Assembly: GCF_018350175.1 (NCBI RefSeq)
Contig: NC_058368.1
Span: forward strand, 48,796,001-48,860,000
Reading direction: 5' to 3'
Source of the DNA: Felis catus
Lineage: Eukaryota
Length of the DNA stretch: 64,000 nt
Positions 25,840 to 38,055 of the stretch are shown here, one piece after another. The first letter of the stretch is position 1. Each line of letters opens with the position of its first letter. The position numbers and the translations under genes are program-made. The notes under the pieces are model-generated. The model worked only from the letters and a program-made list of their open reading frames with translations. It did no database searches and was not told where the DNA came from.

Positions 25840-25881
25840 CTGTGGAGTAGGCAATACCAAACTTAAAGTGTCTTGTCTCTT

Positions 25882-26106
25882 TTTTTTTTATTATTTTTTT
25901 TCAACGTTTATTTATTTTTGGGACAGAGAGAGAGACAGAGCATGAACGGGGGAGGGGCAGAGAGAGAGGGAGACACAGAATCGGAAACAGGCTCCAGGCT
26001 CTGAGCCATCAGCCCAGAGCCCGACGCGGGGCTCGAACTCACGGACCGCGAGATCGTGACCTGGCTGAAGTCGGACGCTTAACCGACTGCGCCACCCAGG
26101 CGCCCC
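25882..26106 (-). mobile_element. Young SINEC_Fc
   Basis: Nearly the exact reverse complement of the 15806 copy; TSD taaagtgtcttgtctctt (25864-25881 / 26107-26124). Confidence 0.97.
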
Positions 26107-26278
26107 TAAAGTGTCTTGTCTCTTAGGCAAACCCATTTATTTTACCAGAGAGAGGACCTTATGTAATGAGCAGCTAAAAATTAGCCGCCCTTCCTATCTG
26201 TCCCTCTTCTTGTATATTTTCCCCAAGAAGCAAAATCTTCTCCAGTTACTTTGTCCTTTCACCCTACATAAGGCATAC

Positions 26279-26401
26279 CTCATAGGTGTGGTATCCTGTA
26301 AATACTCTCAATCAACTTGGTGCAATTCCCAATAATTTAGAATGTATATGTACTAATGACTTGATGAACAGGACAACATAATCAACATTTCTACTGATTT
26401 T
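26279..26401 (-). pseudogene. Pseudo-exon, 123 nt, phase 0-0
   Basis: ctcttttatgtttctgtag| ... GAG|gtatgc; KISRNVDYVVLFIKSLVHIHSKLLGIAPS*LRVFTGYHTYE (one TGA). Confidence 0.6.
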
Positions 26402-26698
26402 CTACAGAAACATAAAAGAGGTTTGACTGTTTATTCATTAAAAAAAGAATCAATTGCAGGCCTGGGCTACCTACTGAGAATAAAGGAAGGGAACAACACA
26501 AATATGTTTCTAGGCCCCAGAATCTTTGATCCCAAGATTTCTAATCATGGGGCTAATGAGATCTATAAAATTCAGGATCTTCTAACTTTATGGGAAGTAA
26601 GCTAATCAATCAACCAACCTATCATATGACACAATGTGATTAACTGATGCTAAATAATGGAGATTAAGAGAAAAGAAAATGTTCTTTCTTCCATTTCC

Positions 26699-26903
26699 CT
26701 AGCATTTGAGCTCTTCCCAAGTTTCATTATACATAAGGTCCATAGTACTTTGGAGCATAGTACTTTGGAGTACTTTGGAGCATAACTTGCATAGAACTGA
26801 CTGTTTTAAATCTGTGTTAGATAATTGGGAACACAAGGCATGAAAAGCTCTCCTAGAGTAGAAGTGCTTTGCCTTTTTGTGATTCTGGCATTTTTTTTTT
26901 TCT
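26699..26903 (-). pseudogene. Pseudo-exon with internal microduplication; donor non-canonical
   Basis: gatagttttag| acceptor; EKKKCQNHKKAKHFYSRRAFHALCSQLSNTDLKQSVLCKLCSKVLQSTMLQSTMDLMYNETWEELKC* followed by ggaaat (possible decayed gtaaat); 3' end uncertain. Confidence 0.45.
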
Positions 26904-27000
26904 CTAAAACTATCATAAAACCAGTTCTTTATAAATAGCATAATGAATAAATATTATGAGGAACATGTTGAATTTAAGATGAATATTGTTGTAATTTTAC

Positions 27001-27042
27001 CAAGCATGCCAAGATGCCAGTTGAACTTTATCAGGAAAACCA
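27001..27042 (-). pseudogene. Pseudo-exon, 42 nt, phase 2-2
   Basis: ttcttgcag|TGGTTTTCC...CATGCTTG|gtaaaa; GFPDKVQLASWHA; followed by a 97-nt intron; an alternative acceptor is possible near 27085. Confidence 0.45.
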
Positions 27043-27536
27043 CTGCAAGAATTGGCAGGTAATTGGAATATGGATTATTACATGCTCAAGTGAATGGGAA
27101 AAGAAGAGAAGCACATAAAACAGGGAAGGCAGAGCATTTTGATACTGCCTCCAACTTTATCTTTTATTTGAACAAAATACCCAGAAAAACTGGGGCTTTT
27201 AATCAGCTGAAAGCATTCTTACTCTTAAACGGCTTTCTCCTTGATTGCATACAAATTAGAGCATATCAATGACACAACATAACAGAATTAAGCAGAAACT
27301 AAAACACAGCACTACAACCATATTCAGAAACAGAAATGTTTTGACTGTGGCATCTCCAGAAAGAATTTGAATGTCAACATGGATTATGTATGTACTCTTC
27401 TCTCCCTACACCTGATCCCTTGATATCCCTATCCTGTTCCAAAGCTTCAATTACCACGTCTACAAAGGAGACACCCAGGGATAGAATAAGTATCCTTAAT
27501 TTCTTCTCCACAACCAAAGTCTTGAATTCACACTAC

Positions 27537-27707
27537 CCAAAGCACGTTAGTTGATTGTTTGCTGTCAAAGCCATGTTGCTAACAAGGATATAGTTGTTTT
27601 CTTTAAAACATTCCTTGCGGATGAATCTCTAAATCTCCATGAGATTTACTTCCTCTCTCTTCTCTATTGTGCATTGTGTGAAGTCCTGGTCTACATTGTG
27701 ATTATTC
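27537..27707 (-). pseudogene. Pseudo-exon, 171 nt, phase 2-2
   Basis: ttacctgttag| ... GG|gtagtg; NNHNVDQDFTQCTIEKREEVNLMEI*RFIRKECFKENNYILVSNMALTANNQLTCF (one TAG); phase matches the preceding exon. Confidence 0.55.
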
Positions 27708-27759
27708 CTAACAGGTAATTACTTATTTGTACAGTATTCAACAGTGACAGAGATAATCA

Positions 27760-28780
27760 GTCATTCATTCTACAAACGTTTATTGAACATGTGCCACTGC
27801 CCAGGCTAATCTGAGACATGGGAGATAGAAAGGCAAGGAAATCTAGCCCATACGCTTGAGAATTTTGTTGTCTATTTGAAGAGCTCTGACATATAAACAG
27901 GCAAAGTTACAATAGAGTGGGAATAAATGCAAGAATAGAGGTAGAAACAATGTACCTTGGATAAAGGGAGAAACTAATTTCCTAGGGCAGTGTTAGGGAA
28001 GAAAAACTGATTTTTTTGATGTGGTTCTTGAAGGATGAAAAGGTGTCCCAGCTTAGAAAAAAAGGGTGCCATCTGAAGCAGAGAAAATAGCATGGGCAGC
28101 GGCCATGGATAGATAATCTTCTCTTATGGCAATTCATCAAAGATGGTGATGTTCAACGTGGCTAGAGCTTGGAGTACATGTCATAGCGGGTGCAAACAGT
28201 TGTATTTTGGTCACATTTAAAATGTCCTTTCGCGCCAAACTCAGGAGCTTGAGTTCTGTTTTCCACGCTTATGTAAATATGTGGAATTTGAAGCAGGTGA
28301 ATGATGGTAATAGATTTCTTAAAAAGGAAGATACCTTTGGGAGCTGTATGGAGGACAGCCTTGAGAAGCAGACTGAAGTAACATCAGAGAGAAAACCAAG
28401 ATAATCATCCAGATGAGAGCCGATGCAGATCTAAGCAAGGAAAGACGGTGGCTTGGAAAGGAGAGAAGGGCGAAGTCTCATGAGAAGTTTCCAAGCAAGA
28501 ATTGGCAGGACTTGCTAATTGTTTAGATACAGAGAGAAAAGTAAATAGTACGTATCTTTGGAATTTTTGGCTAGGAAAACTGAGAGAATCATGAAAGACA
28601 GTAGGAAAAGTAGGCTAGCAGAGATGAAGGGGAGTTTGAACTTGGATGTGTCTGTCCCTTCAAAAAGTTTGTGGAACATCCATGTGGACATGTCTTAGTT
28701 AGAACTAGGAGTCTCTGCTGGGCAGAAAGATAAGGAATTGCATTCTATGAATCATTAGCAATTGATCATGCTAAAAGCCA
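27760..28780 (-). mobile_element. LINE L2 fragment
   Basis: cattcattctacaaacgtttattgaacat...tgtgcca end motif followed by purine-rich antisense L2 body. Confidence 0.75.
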
Positions 28781-29519
28781 GGGCCTAAACAAAAACAATA
28801 AACAAAAAACAAGTCAACCCATAGCTTCCCAGCTAGATTGAGGAAGGGACTCTAACTTTTGTTCCTAGATATTTTGTATCTGATGTCATATATGACATAT
28901 ACAAAACTCACTTTTTTCCTGGGCTGGTAAAGACTGGGAAGGAATAATGGGCATTTGTTTATTTTCCAATGTACTCATGACCCCAGCGAAACAGCCTCCT
29001 ACCAGATCTCCTTGCCTTCTGTCTTTCCCAAGGCTTTCTGCATGTTGCTCTCAGGCTATTTATCCTAACTGAGTACTGGTCTAATCATGTCTCACCCACA
29101 TTTTGCTCAAAAATCTTTCAAGCCCCTTCCCATTACATATAACATAAAGCCCTGCCTTTTCAGTGGTACTCTTTCTTTACCTCTTTCCTTTCCCACACCT
29201 CCTACATAGAATAGCATCAATTGCCTTTCCTCAAACATGCCTCTCTTCATGGCCTCTCTTCATAGGTGCTTTTGTTCCTTCTTCCTATTCATATCTGTCA
29301 TGATCCTCTTAATCTCAAGGATGGCTCCAATACCAGCAACCTGTCCTCTCCACAGAGTGTGGGACCTTTATCATAGCACTAAACTGCATTATTCCTTAAA
29401 TTAGTGCTTGTGATTTATATCACATAAACTGTTGAGAAAAGGGCTGCCTTGTTCATGTAAGGGCAGCCATGCTGCCTCTTACACAGTAGTTGTATGATAA
29501 TAATAGATATTTCCTATAC

Positions 29520-29755
29520 CTCATATTTTTGTTTCTTTCACCTTGTAAGGGCATATATGATAACTCATTTTCACTTGGTATATTCATTTTGATTTCCTGA
29601 CCAAAGGATTTTGTTTTGTATTTTATTATTTTTTTTAGCCAAAGTGACTCCCTGCTTAGTTTTTTCCCTTTATCTCCATCCATTGCCAAGGCCAACAATA
29701 GATAAGAACCTCAGTGGCTATGGAATCAACCCTCCACAAGCCTGGCCCTCTCATT
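29520..29755 (-). pseudogene. Putative first coding exon with start codon (ATG 29683-29681)
   Basis: Acceptor cctccttctcttgatattttgcactgtag; GCAATGG Kozak context; open frame MDGDKGKKLSRESLWLKKIIKYKTKSFGQEIKMNIPSENELSYMPLQGERNKNM; donor AG|gtatag, phase 2. Confidence 0.6.
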
Positions 29756-30524
29756 CTACAGTGCAAAATATCAAGAGAAGGAGGATAACCCATGAAAATT
29801 TAGTTCATTCAGATCATAACATATAGTTTCATATTTAGGAAAATAACCCCTTAGAAGTTTCTAGTTTCTTTGGGAATAGGAACAAATAAAAATATAGTTC
29901 AACCAAATGAGACTTGGGTTGATATATCGGAATAATAGAGAATCTAAGCTTTTAAAAAATGTGTTAACATTTTTAGTTTTCCTCTCTGATAGAAGGAAAT
30001 CTAGTCAATTTTCATGGACCTTAGACAGAATCAAAGATCAGCATGTTGAAGTTAATCAGTAACTTGAAATGCCTTTTTTCATGTGTTTGGAAGAAAGAAA
30101 AGGAGACAGATTGCTGTGAAAGGATAAGATGTTATTGCTGCAGAAATGCTTGTATCTCTACCAATTTTAAATGTCAGTTTTCTTCTCCCTAAGTTTATTT
30201 TACCTGTCTACTTGGATGAGATTCATAACTATCCATGTCTGAGGAATATTATCTTTCTTTTATACATTTTGTTGTAGAGCATTTCATCATACTTTGTGCA
30301 CTGTATGTTGAAAATTCTGAAACTATATTACATCGCAGAAACAATTCCAGACTTAACTTGAAAAAGAGTCACAAATTGGACTGGAATGAAAATCATATAT
30401 TTTGGAAAAGCAAACCAGTAAAAGCTGGACATGTTATGTTCTAAAATAATGGGTTACATTTCTTTAATCTTTGAAATAGTATCTGTGTAGTATTTTCCCA
30501 TAAAGTATTACATATAGATAAGAT

Positions 30525-30700
30525 TTTAGAATAGAATGAGATTTTGGAGGTCATCTAGACAAATGCATCACCTCATGGATAAGGAAATATTAAGCTTAGG
30601 AATGTTAAGTCCCCTTTGCAAGGTCACATAGAAATCAGCAGCAGAGCCTGAGAATTTAACTTGTCTGATTCCAGATCTGTGTCTCTTTTACTTATGCTAC
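30525..30700 (-). mobile_element. MIR fragment
   Basis: gataaggaaa...gttaagtc...caaggtcacatag. Confidence 0.65.
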
Positions 30701-31684
30701 AATGTCTATATTATCTGCATTCAAAACTAGAATGTATATAGTAACAGTCTGATTTGACCGAAATGGAAACAATGGCACAGAGTATTAGAAATCAGAACTG
30801 TCCTCCCAAATCTGGACATTTGATAATTAACACCCAAGAATACTTGTTTCTTAGTTTATTTGTGCCCATAGTTTACTTTTTCAATGTAAATATTATGTTT
30901 TTTTTTTAATCAATTTTCATGGTCTTCATTAAATTGGCCAAAAGAAAAATGAAGAAAACCAAACACTGGTGCTCCACACGTAGTGAATAGCTTTAATACC
31001 ATTTGAATCTCAATCATCAAATATTAAGAATCCTTGGTACATGAAGTAATTCAAAGTCAAAGACAGTAGATCATTATGTTCCAGAAATTACGTGCTAAAA
31101 TGTGTAATCACGCGGAGCATCTTTTAAAACAAAACAAACAAGGAAACAAATAAGCACCTTTAGAGTTGCTGGTTGGGATGGAGGTGTGCACGGAGCAAAA
31201 CTCACACTGCCATATTTCTGGTATCTTGATTCTTGGAGCTTATCATCAAAGTTACATCACCTTTATGTGAAATTGTGAGGGGGACAGCCTTCAGGAAGGA
31301 AAGCTTTGAACCAAGGTAAAAATATATAATGAGCAGTATGTCCATAAGCAGTCAGAAGAATACCTTCTCAAAGTCCTCTGAGTCCGGATTCATTATTCAT
31401 GGTTTTAAATATTCAGGGTTCACAGGTCCAATCTGTGCTAGGCAATAATTCTGTGTTGCCCTGAGCCCCATGGTGTGCACAGCTGTTTGGAAAAGTCAAG
31501 AAGTACTGGTGAAGGTGATGCATGGCCGCTGGATTTTTTTTTTTTTTAATTTTATTCCTGTCGGACTTGAAAGGGTGAGAATTTGGAAGAGGGGAGAGCC
31601 TATGATGATAGTCCTAATTAAAGAAAATTATTCACTCTTACCAACACTTAGTCATCTAAAATAGTAACTTCTTTGGATTCCAAA

Positions 31685-31800
31685 CCTGAAAGTAACTGTT
31701 ACTTGGCAATTTTCTCATAGGTCCCTGAGAGCAGTCTGTAAGCCGCTAACGACCAATGGCTGAACCTGAGGGAGCTACAACAATGGCGGTGGAGGGGTGG
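31685..31800. promoter_or_regulatory. Candidate promoter (RFX X-box/MYB-like, CCAAT, YY1-like motifs)
   Basis: GTAACTGTTAC near-palindrome 31692-31702 overlapping GTTACTTGGCAAT 31698-31710; CCAAT 31753-31757; CAATGGCGG 31781-31789; locally raised GC/CpG; ~2 kb upstream of the putative ATG exon. Confidence 0.45.
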
Positions 31801-32019
31801 AGAACATTACCAACTCCAGTCCAGTCCTGTTTCTTAAACCGTCTATTTTAGTCCTGTCTATCCCTGCCCTTCCTGATGTTATGTTTCCAAGTAATCCCAA
31901 TCTTTCACGCTCTGAAAAGAGATGCGTCTCCATGACCCCGCGTAGCATTATGGAAAGAGAGGGAGAGCTGAGTCTGTTTTGTCACTTCTGACGGTGTGAA
32001 GATGGGTAGGTGAGTGTTC

Positions 32020-32140
32020 GTTAATGCCTCTGTGCGTTACTTTCCTCATCTTGAGAATGGGATGATAAAATCTATCTTTTAGGTGTTCGTTGTGAGGGTT
32101 GAATGTGGCAGATACAGAGTAGGTACTCAATCATTAATAG
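32020..32140 (+). mobile_element. MIR fragment
   Basis: ctctgtgc..tttcctcatcttgagaatgggatgataa. Confidence 0.65.
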
Positions 32141-32974
32141 GAGTAATTGTATATTCTCTACCCCCTTCTCAAATACCTGGTGAAAACTCTATTCAGGGGT
32201 GAGGATTCTTTTGCTCCAGCTCAGACCTCTTCAGTTCCACTATGTTTATCTTAGTCACCTAGGCAAATGGGTAGCAGCTGTTTTTGCATTAATGGTGAAG
32301 ACAGAAGATTCTCTCCCCTACAGGACTCAGATGAGTTCCATTCTGAGACACCCCTTTGATCCAATCTCATGGACATTTTGTGTATTTATGCCACTGTCCC
32401 CAAAGCAAGCCTCTCCGAAGCTGGTGCTTTGCCCCTGCTTACTCTTCCTTCTCCTGTTGACTTCCCTCCTAATCTTTACAATATATTCTATGAAAGTTTT
32501 ATTTTATTGTATGTAACTCTCTCTTAGTCCCCATGCTTTGATTGAACTTTGCTTCTGCCACAAAGACACCAATTCTCTTCTTGTTATAAATTCCAGACTT
32601 GGTTACCAGTCCCTGTCTCGGTTGAATTCTCACTACTTCTACTGCTACAGCCCTCATCCCAGACGCCATCATTATTTGCCTGAAATGATACAATGGTCTA
32701 TAAACCAGGTGTCTGCTTCTGCCTCTACATCCGTATCATGCATTCTCAGCATAGTAGCCAGAATGATCCTTATAAACCAAAGTCAGATCGTGTCACTTTG
32801 TTACTACTTCAGGGCAGGGACCATATCACTTTATCTGTGAATCTCTAATGCTTTTCATTGGAACTGAGCAGACTCTCCAAAAATATTTTGCTGAGTGATT
32901 AGAAACTAAGAGAAAAAAGATAAAGAAGAAATATGGCAATCATTGTCACATCCTTTCTCTCCCCCCCCCTCTCT

Positions 32975-33177
32975 TTTTTAAAAAAGCTTATTTATTTTGA
33001 TAGAGAGAGAGAGAGGAGAAACAACAGGGGATGGGCAGAGGGACAGTGGGACAGAAGATCTGAAGCAGGCTCTGTGCTGACATCACAGAGCTCGATGTGG
33101 GGCTCAAACTCGTGAACCATGACATCATGACCTGAGCCAAAGTCAGATGCTTAACCGACTGACCCACCCAGGCACTG
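32975..33177 (-). mobile_element. Older CAN-SINE
   Basis: tttattttgatagagagag...ttaaccgactgacccacccaggcac. Confidence 0.9.
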
Positions 33178-35799
33178 CCACGTCTTCCCGTAAACTCTTG
33201 AATATCTGTAACTCATTTTGTTTGTAACTTCACATCATTTTATTTGATAAACAAGCCCATCATCTAAAAGGTAAGCAGATGTGTACCTCGAAACCCAGAA
33301 AAGTTAAGGGATGTGCCCCAAATCACAATGGCAGTGAGATTAGGGGCTTGGGCTTGAATTCATCCTTCTTCCTCCAAACAGTATGTTCTTCCTGTTATGC
33401 CATATTTCACATGCAAGTTTGGAGGTCCCCAGGCTTGTCTACCCTAACATGTGGTTTTACAATACATGTCATTTTTGGGAACATCTTTGGTAAAGGCAAA
33501 AATCTGACTTTACAGGAAACTCCAAGGTAGACATGGAAGTTTGGCAGCCAGGAGGATCCTGGCAGAATCCAGGCAGAATTCTCCAAAGTCTACTTTCTGC
33601 ATACCATCTTTAGAGTACACATCATTTAATATAGAACCTGGGCAACAGGAGTGGTTATTATATGTTTATAAATAATCTCCACCAAAAATTTAAATCTGTA
33701 AATGAAAGTGGTTTTCCACCTAGGAAATCTGATTTTGTTCGTGTTTTCATTATTAAATTAGGTCTGGTAGAGTCTAGAGAAACATTGGCAGGAAACATCT
33801 AGCTTACTAAAATCAGATATTCAAAAGAAGTTTAATTTCTGTCTGAATTGATAATATAAAGTAGTGAAGTTAAAATTCTAGAAGCTGTGTTCAGTAGATG
33901 AACTCAGAGTGTAACAAGATATGGGAGTAACATAAACAGATTTTCTCTACTTTGTAAATAATTATATTCCTTCAGACCAGTGCTAACATTGGAAGCGGTT
34001 GTGGGGCAGTGTGGGAAGGAGGAGGGAGTCAGAGTTGATTTTTATGTGCTTCCTAGAGAACGGCTTGTTAAAGAGCAGAAAACAATGATGACAACAGTAA
34101 CAGGAAAAGTCCACCTTCCCCAAGTGTACAGAAGATTAAGATGGAATTGCAATACCTTCTGGACAGCTTTTCTTGTTCCAAATTGATAATGGTGGTCAAG
34201 TAGACTTTTATGATTCTTTGTAACTGATTGTGTTACGTATCTACGTGGCAGTCTTGGTTTCTGCTACTTATCTTCCTAGTTTATTCCTTCACGTACTACT
34301 GCTTGAACTAGATTGTTCCTATTATGTCTTCATAGTCTCTCAGGCCCCACATCCCTAAATAATGGTCTCTTTCTAAAAGGTGTTTAATAAATATTTTTGA
34401 GAAATTTACCTTACGTTCTAAGAAGAGCGTGCTGTCTGTGTTTGAGGTTTTCTAACTTCTGAAAATTGGACCCACATCAACACAAAACTGTTTTTTACAC
34501 AATGTTTAAAAAAAATTTACACATTGTTTAAAATGTGACATAATACAGTACAGACACAGGAAACCAAAAACAGACTCCATGGTCATTTCATCCCCAACTT
34601 TAAATGAGACACCGTGAGCGTTAATCAAACTCAGGAAGGCAGATGCATCTCAGAATTTTGAGGGTCATAAAAGATGTTTTAGTCCTGTCAATTAAAGCAA
34701 AAATTGACCTTTCATTCTTCTTGATTTGATACTTGCTCTAAATCAGTAAGGTACTAAATTTATGTCACAAAGTGCATGTGGCTATTTGCAGTTGGTGCTA
34801 GTAAGGAAAACCAGGGAACATTGTTTGTATTAAATGAGACAACACATTTAAGAGTTTATCTCAGGTTTCTGCATAGCAAGTATTAAATAAAGGTTATAAT
34901 TCATTTTCTAATTTCCCTATTTTCATTTTAAAAGTTTAGTAGTCATGACTTAGATTTATGACTTGAAGTGATATAATATCTCAGTTGCCTCTGTTACAAA
35001 AGCCAGCAGAGAGATTAAAGAGGAAACTAGCTGGAAAATATCTTTGACTAAAATATACATATCTGTTGTAATGGATTGCGCTCTCTCTCACCATATATAT
35101 ACGTATACACATATGTATATGTGAATAGTATATATGTGTATATATACATATAAGTAGTACAGAGAAATGTGGTAAGATCTTGATCTATTAATAATAACTT
35201 ACTTCTATTTACATTAACTTTTTTATAACCAAAAAGTTATCCTTTTCATGGGAATATTTCTCTCCTTTGGAGCAGATAATATACATCCATGAAAGTAGAG
35301 GAAATAAATCAGGCAAACTTATCTTCACCTTCTTAAATGTAATTATCTTTTGACATTTTGTTTTTACTTAAAATTTCCTAATAGTATATATGTAAGCATC
35401 TTAATAGAGGGTAAGAAGTGAGATGTGGATAGCCACATATCCACTTTGAATCTCAGCCAGTGAATCTCTAAAAAGGAATATTAAGAATTCTTCTGCCCTC
35501 TTCTCAGAATGTTATTGGAGAATTAAACGCAAAACCTTAAAATTTCACATTTGCATGATTGCCACTTAATTTTCCATCAAATATAAAATGTTTGTTAATG
35601 ACATCACAACATGTAGGAAATCTGTATTAGTTGAACAGATTTTACAGCAGGTACATTTAGCCTTGTAATATAGGCATTTGTTTTTGAAATGAGCTTACAC
35701 GTCCTTGCATTTTCTTTGGCATACATGTGTATGTATGAAGTGTAACAAAGTAGTGAGGCTGGTTTCTTTATGAGTTCTAATTCTTCGATGTACATAGCC

Positions 35800-36085
35800 A
35801 ATGACCTTTTGATTATCTAATATGTGGCAGGCATTGGGCAGGCTGCTGGTGATACAAAGGGAAAGAAGTTGTGGCCTCATTCTCAAGGAGCTCACAGTCT
35901 CAAGTGGGAGATGAACACGCAGAAACATAATTATATTATGGCGGGATGAGGCTGTCGGGGCCATGTGGACACAGAACTCGGGAGCACACAGAGACAGGGC
36001 CTCCCGATGCACCTGCGGTGAGGTGGCAGTGACAAAGCATTCCTTAAGGAGGTAGCTTCCGGTCTGGATTTTGAAACATAACTAA
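35800..36085 (-). mobile_element. LINE L2 fragment
   Basis: tatgtggcaggcattgggc...ctcaaggagctcacagtct. Confidence 0.7.
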
Positions 36086-38055
36086 GGTTTCCACCACTGG
36101 AATAGGGTCTGAGGTGATGTGGGCTTTCCAGTCAATGGGAACAGAATCTACATGTGATGCCAGAGAGGCTTGAAACCGGTAAACCCAGTGTGTTGAAATA
36201 ATGTCTCGTTGTTTTCAATTTATATATGTTGGAGTTAGAAAAACTGAATGTGCTTTCACGAACATGGCTACTTAAAACATCTACTACAGGATGACCAAAT
36301 GAATCATTATCACAGTTCCTGCTGTGGCTGAATTTTTTGTTTCTTAACCTCAAACCCCATAGTAAACCATGTCGCATTTCCATGGGTCAACTCTTCAGTG
36401 ATTGTTAACAATGTCATCTTTCACCTGGACCACTGCCCAGAGTCTCCACCCCAGGTTTTGACCCACTGTGTTACCACCGGACATATCGTAAATCAGCTTA
36501 GAGCTTTTATTTCTACAAGACAGATGATCCTGCCACTGCTCTACTTAAAACATTTAAGGGCTCCCAATTTCCTACAATATTAAGTCTTACTGTGGGAGAC
36601 AATGTTCTTCACAAGCTGGCCCCAATTTTTCCAATCTTTTCCCAAACTCTGTTCTTTCTACTCTCAACCAGGTTCTCTAGGCTTACACCATCACAAATTA
36701 CTCACGCCCCCCCCCCATTCCATATCCTTGTCTAACTCATATCTTTGTGCACAAAACAACACAGTATGTTGAGACAAAGCGAACTTGCTATGGTTGGAGC
36801 TCCTGGGGGAGGGGAGAAGGGAAGAAGACGAGGCCACTGAAGCAATACATGTGGACTAGATGACAGAGAATTGCCAAGGCTATACAATGAGTCTTGGTTC
36901 TATTCTACATTCACAGTCCTTCTCAAACATTTTTGTCTATTCCAAAGTACTCCAAAGAAGGAAGAAGAATATTTTACACACCCCACCCCCATGGGTTTTG
37001 GGTACATTGCCTGAAGAAGGGCCATGATAAGTGAAAAATTTATTTGAAGTCTCCTTTCATATTTTTGTATTCTACTGTGTATTTGCCTATTAGTTTTGAT
37101 ACTAAAATAATATTTGAAAGTTCTTGCCATCAAGTAAAATTGAATTTCAAGGAGGATATTATGCTGGGGTTTTCAATTCTCCTGGCACACTGCCAGGACT
37201 CCTGGGGAATGTGTATTCCAGATTAAGAAGCACACTTGAGGATGAGTAACCACTGGTGGATTTGAAGGAGGCAGTGGCAGCAACAAACTCGCAGTTAACT
37301 GTTTTAAATTTAGACAAGGAATGAATTAATATCACTGGGGTCTGGAAAGGTCTGATGGTGGCCTGGAAGATGGATTGGAGGTGTGAGGATGTAAGAGGGA
37401 GAATGGGCTGTTCAGGGTACCAGTTCGATGGTGATACAAACTATTGAGGAAAATTCCATTTTTGGACTTGGTATTTGAGTAGATAACATTATTATTTATT
37501 GAGATAGGTATATAAACAGAAGATTTTCAATTTTGCACAAGGAAGTTTGAGTTGAATTGGCGATATATGGGTGGAGACACTCAATGGAAAGCTGAATACC
37601 AGGTTTGGAGACCAGGGGATAAGTATGCTTGCCTTCTCTCCCTCCCTCCACTCCCCCTGCCCTCCCCCCATTGCCTATCTATTTACATCTGGGAATCATA
37701 AGTCTATAAGTGGAAATTAAAACAATGGGAATAGATAAAATTGCCTAGGGAAGAAATAAGGAATTCTAAGAAGAAAGTGTTGCAACAAAGAAAAAAAGAG
37801 GTCCCTAAAGAAGAAGAGGTAGTGAGGAAGAAAAAAAGCAAGATCTATGAAGAAATGTTAACATTGTATCCAAACTTAGAGACCTCCTAATATATGTTCT
37901 TATTTGATAATTTAAGAAGTCACAGCTTAAAAATATCAAATGATTGCCCTAAGAACCTTGTTGTATTTTCTCATTCTTGGCTGAGCATTCTTACCACATT
38001 TTAATGATCTTGTCATATCAATAAAACTTCTAGTGTTTCGTTAATCTTGCCTCTA

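Larger units (their letters stand above)
124..29755 (-). pseudogene. Multi-exon (unprocessed, probably unitary) pseudogene of unidentified product; continues past the left edge
   Basis: Series of minus-strand segments with polypyrimidine-AG acceptors and GT donors whose phases chain: 29683(ATG)-29520 ends phase 2; 27707-27537 (2>2); 27042-27001 (2>2); 26903-26699 (2>0); 26401-26279 (0>0); 25839-25350 (0>1); 21077-21039, 20193-19984 and 18907-18794 (each 1>1); 16785-16703 (1>0); 13748/13835-13563 and 12711-12493 (1>1); 11869-11028; 10962-10612; 5210-5140 (1>0); 5044-4900 (0>1); 2802- (starts 1); 433-124 (1>2). In-frame stops and an exonic SINE insertion show it is dead. Boundaries were picked by eye. 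Confidence 0.7.
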
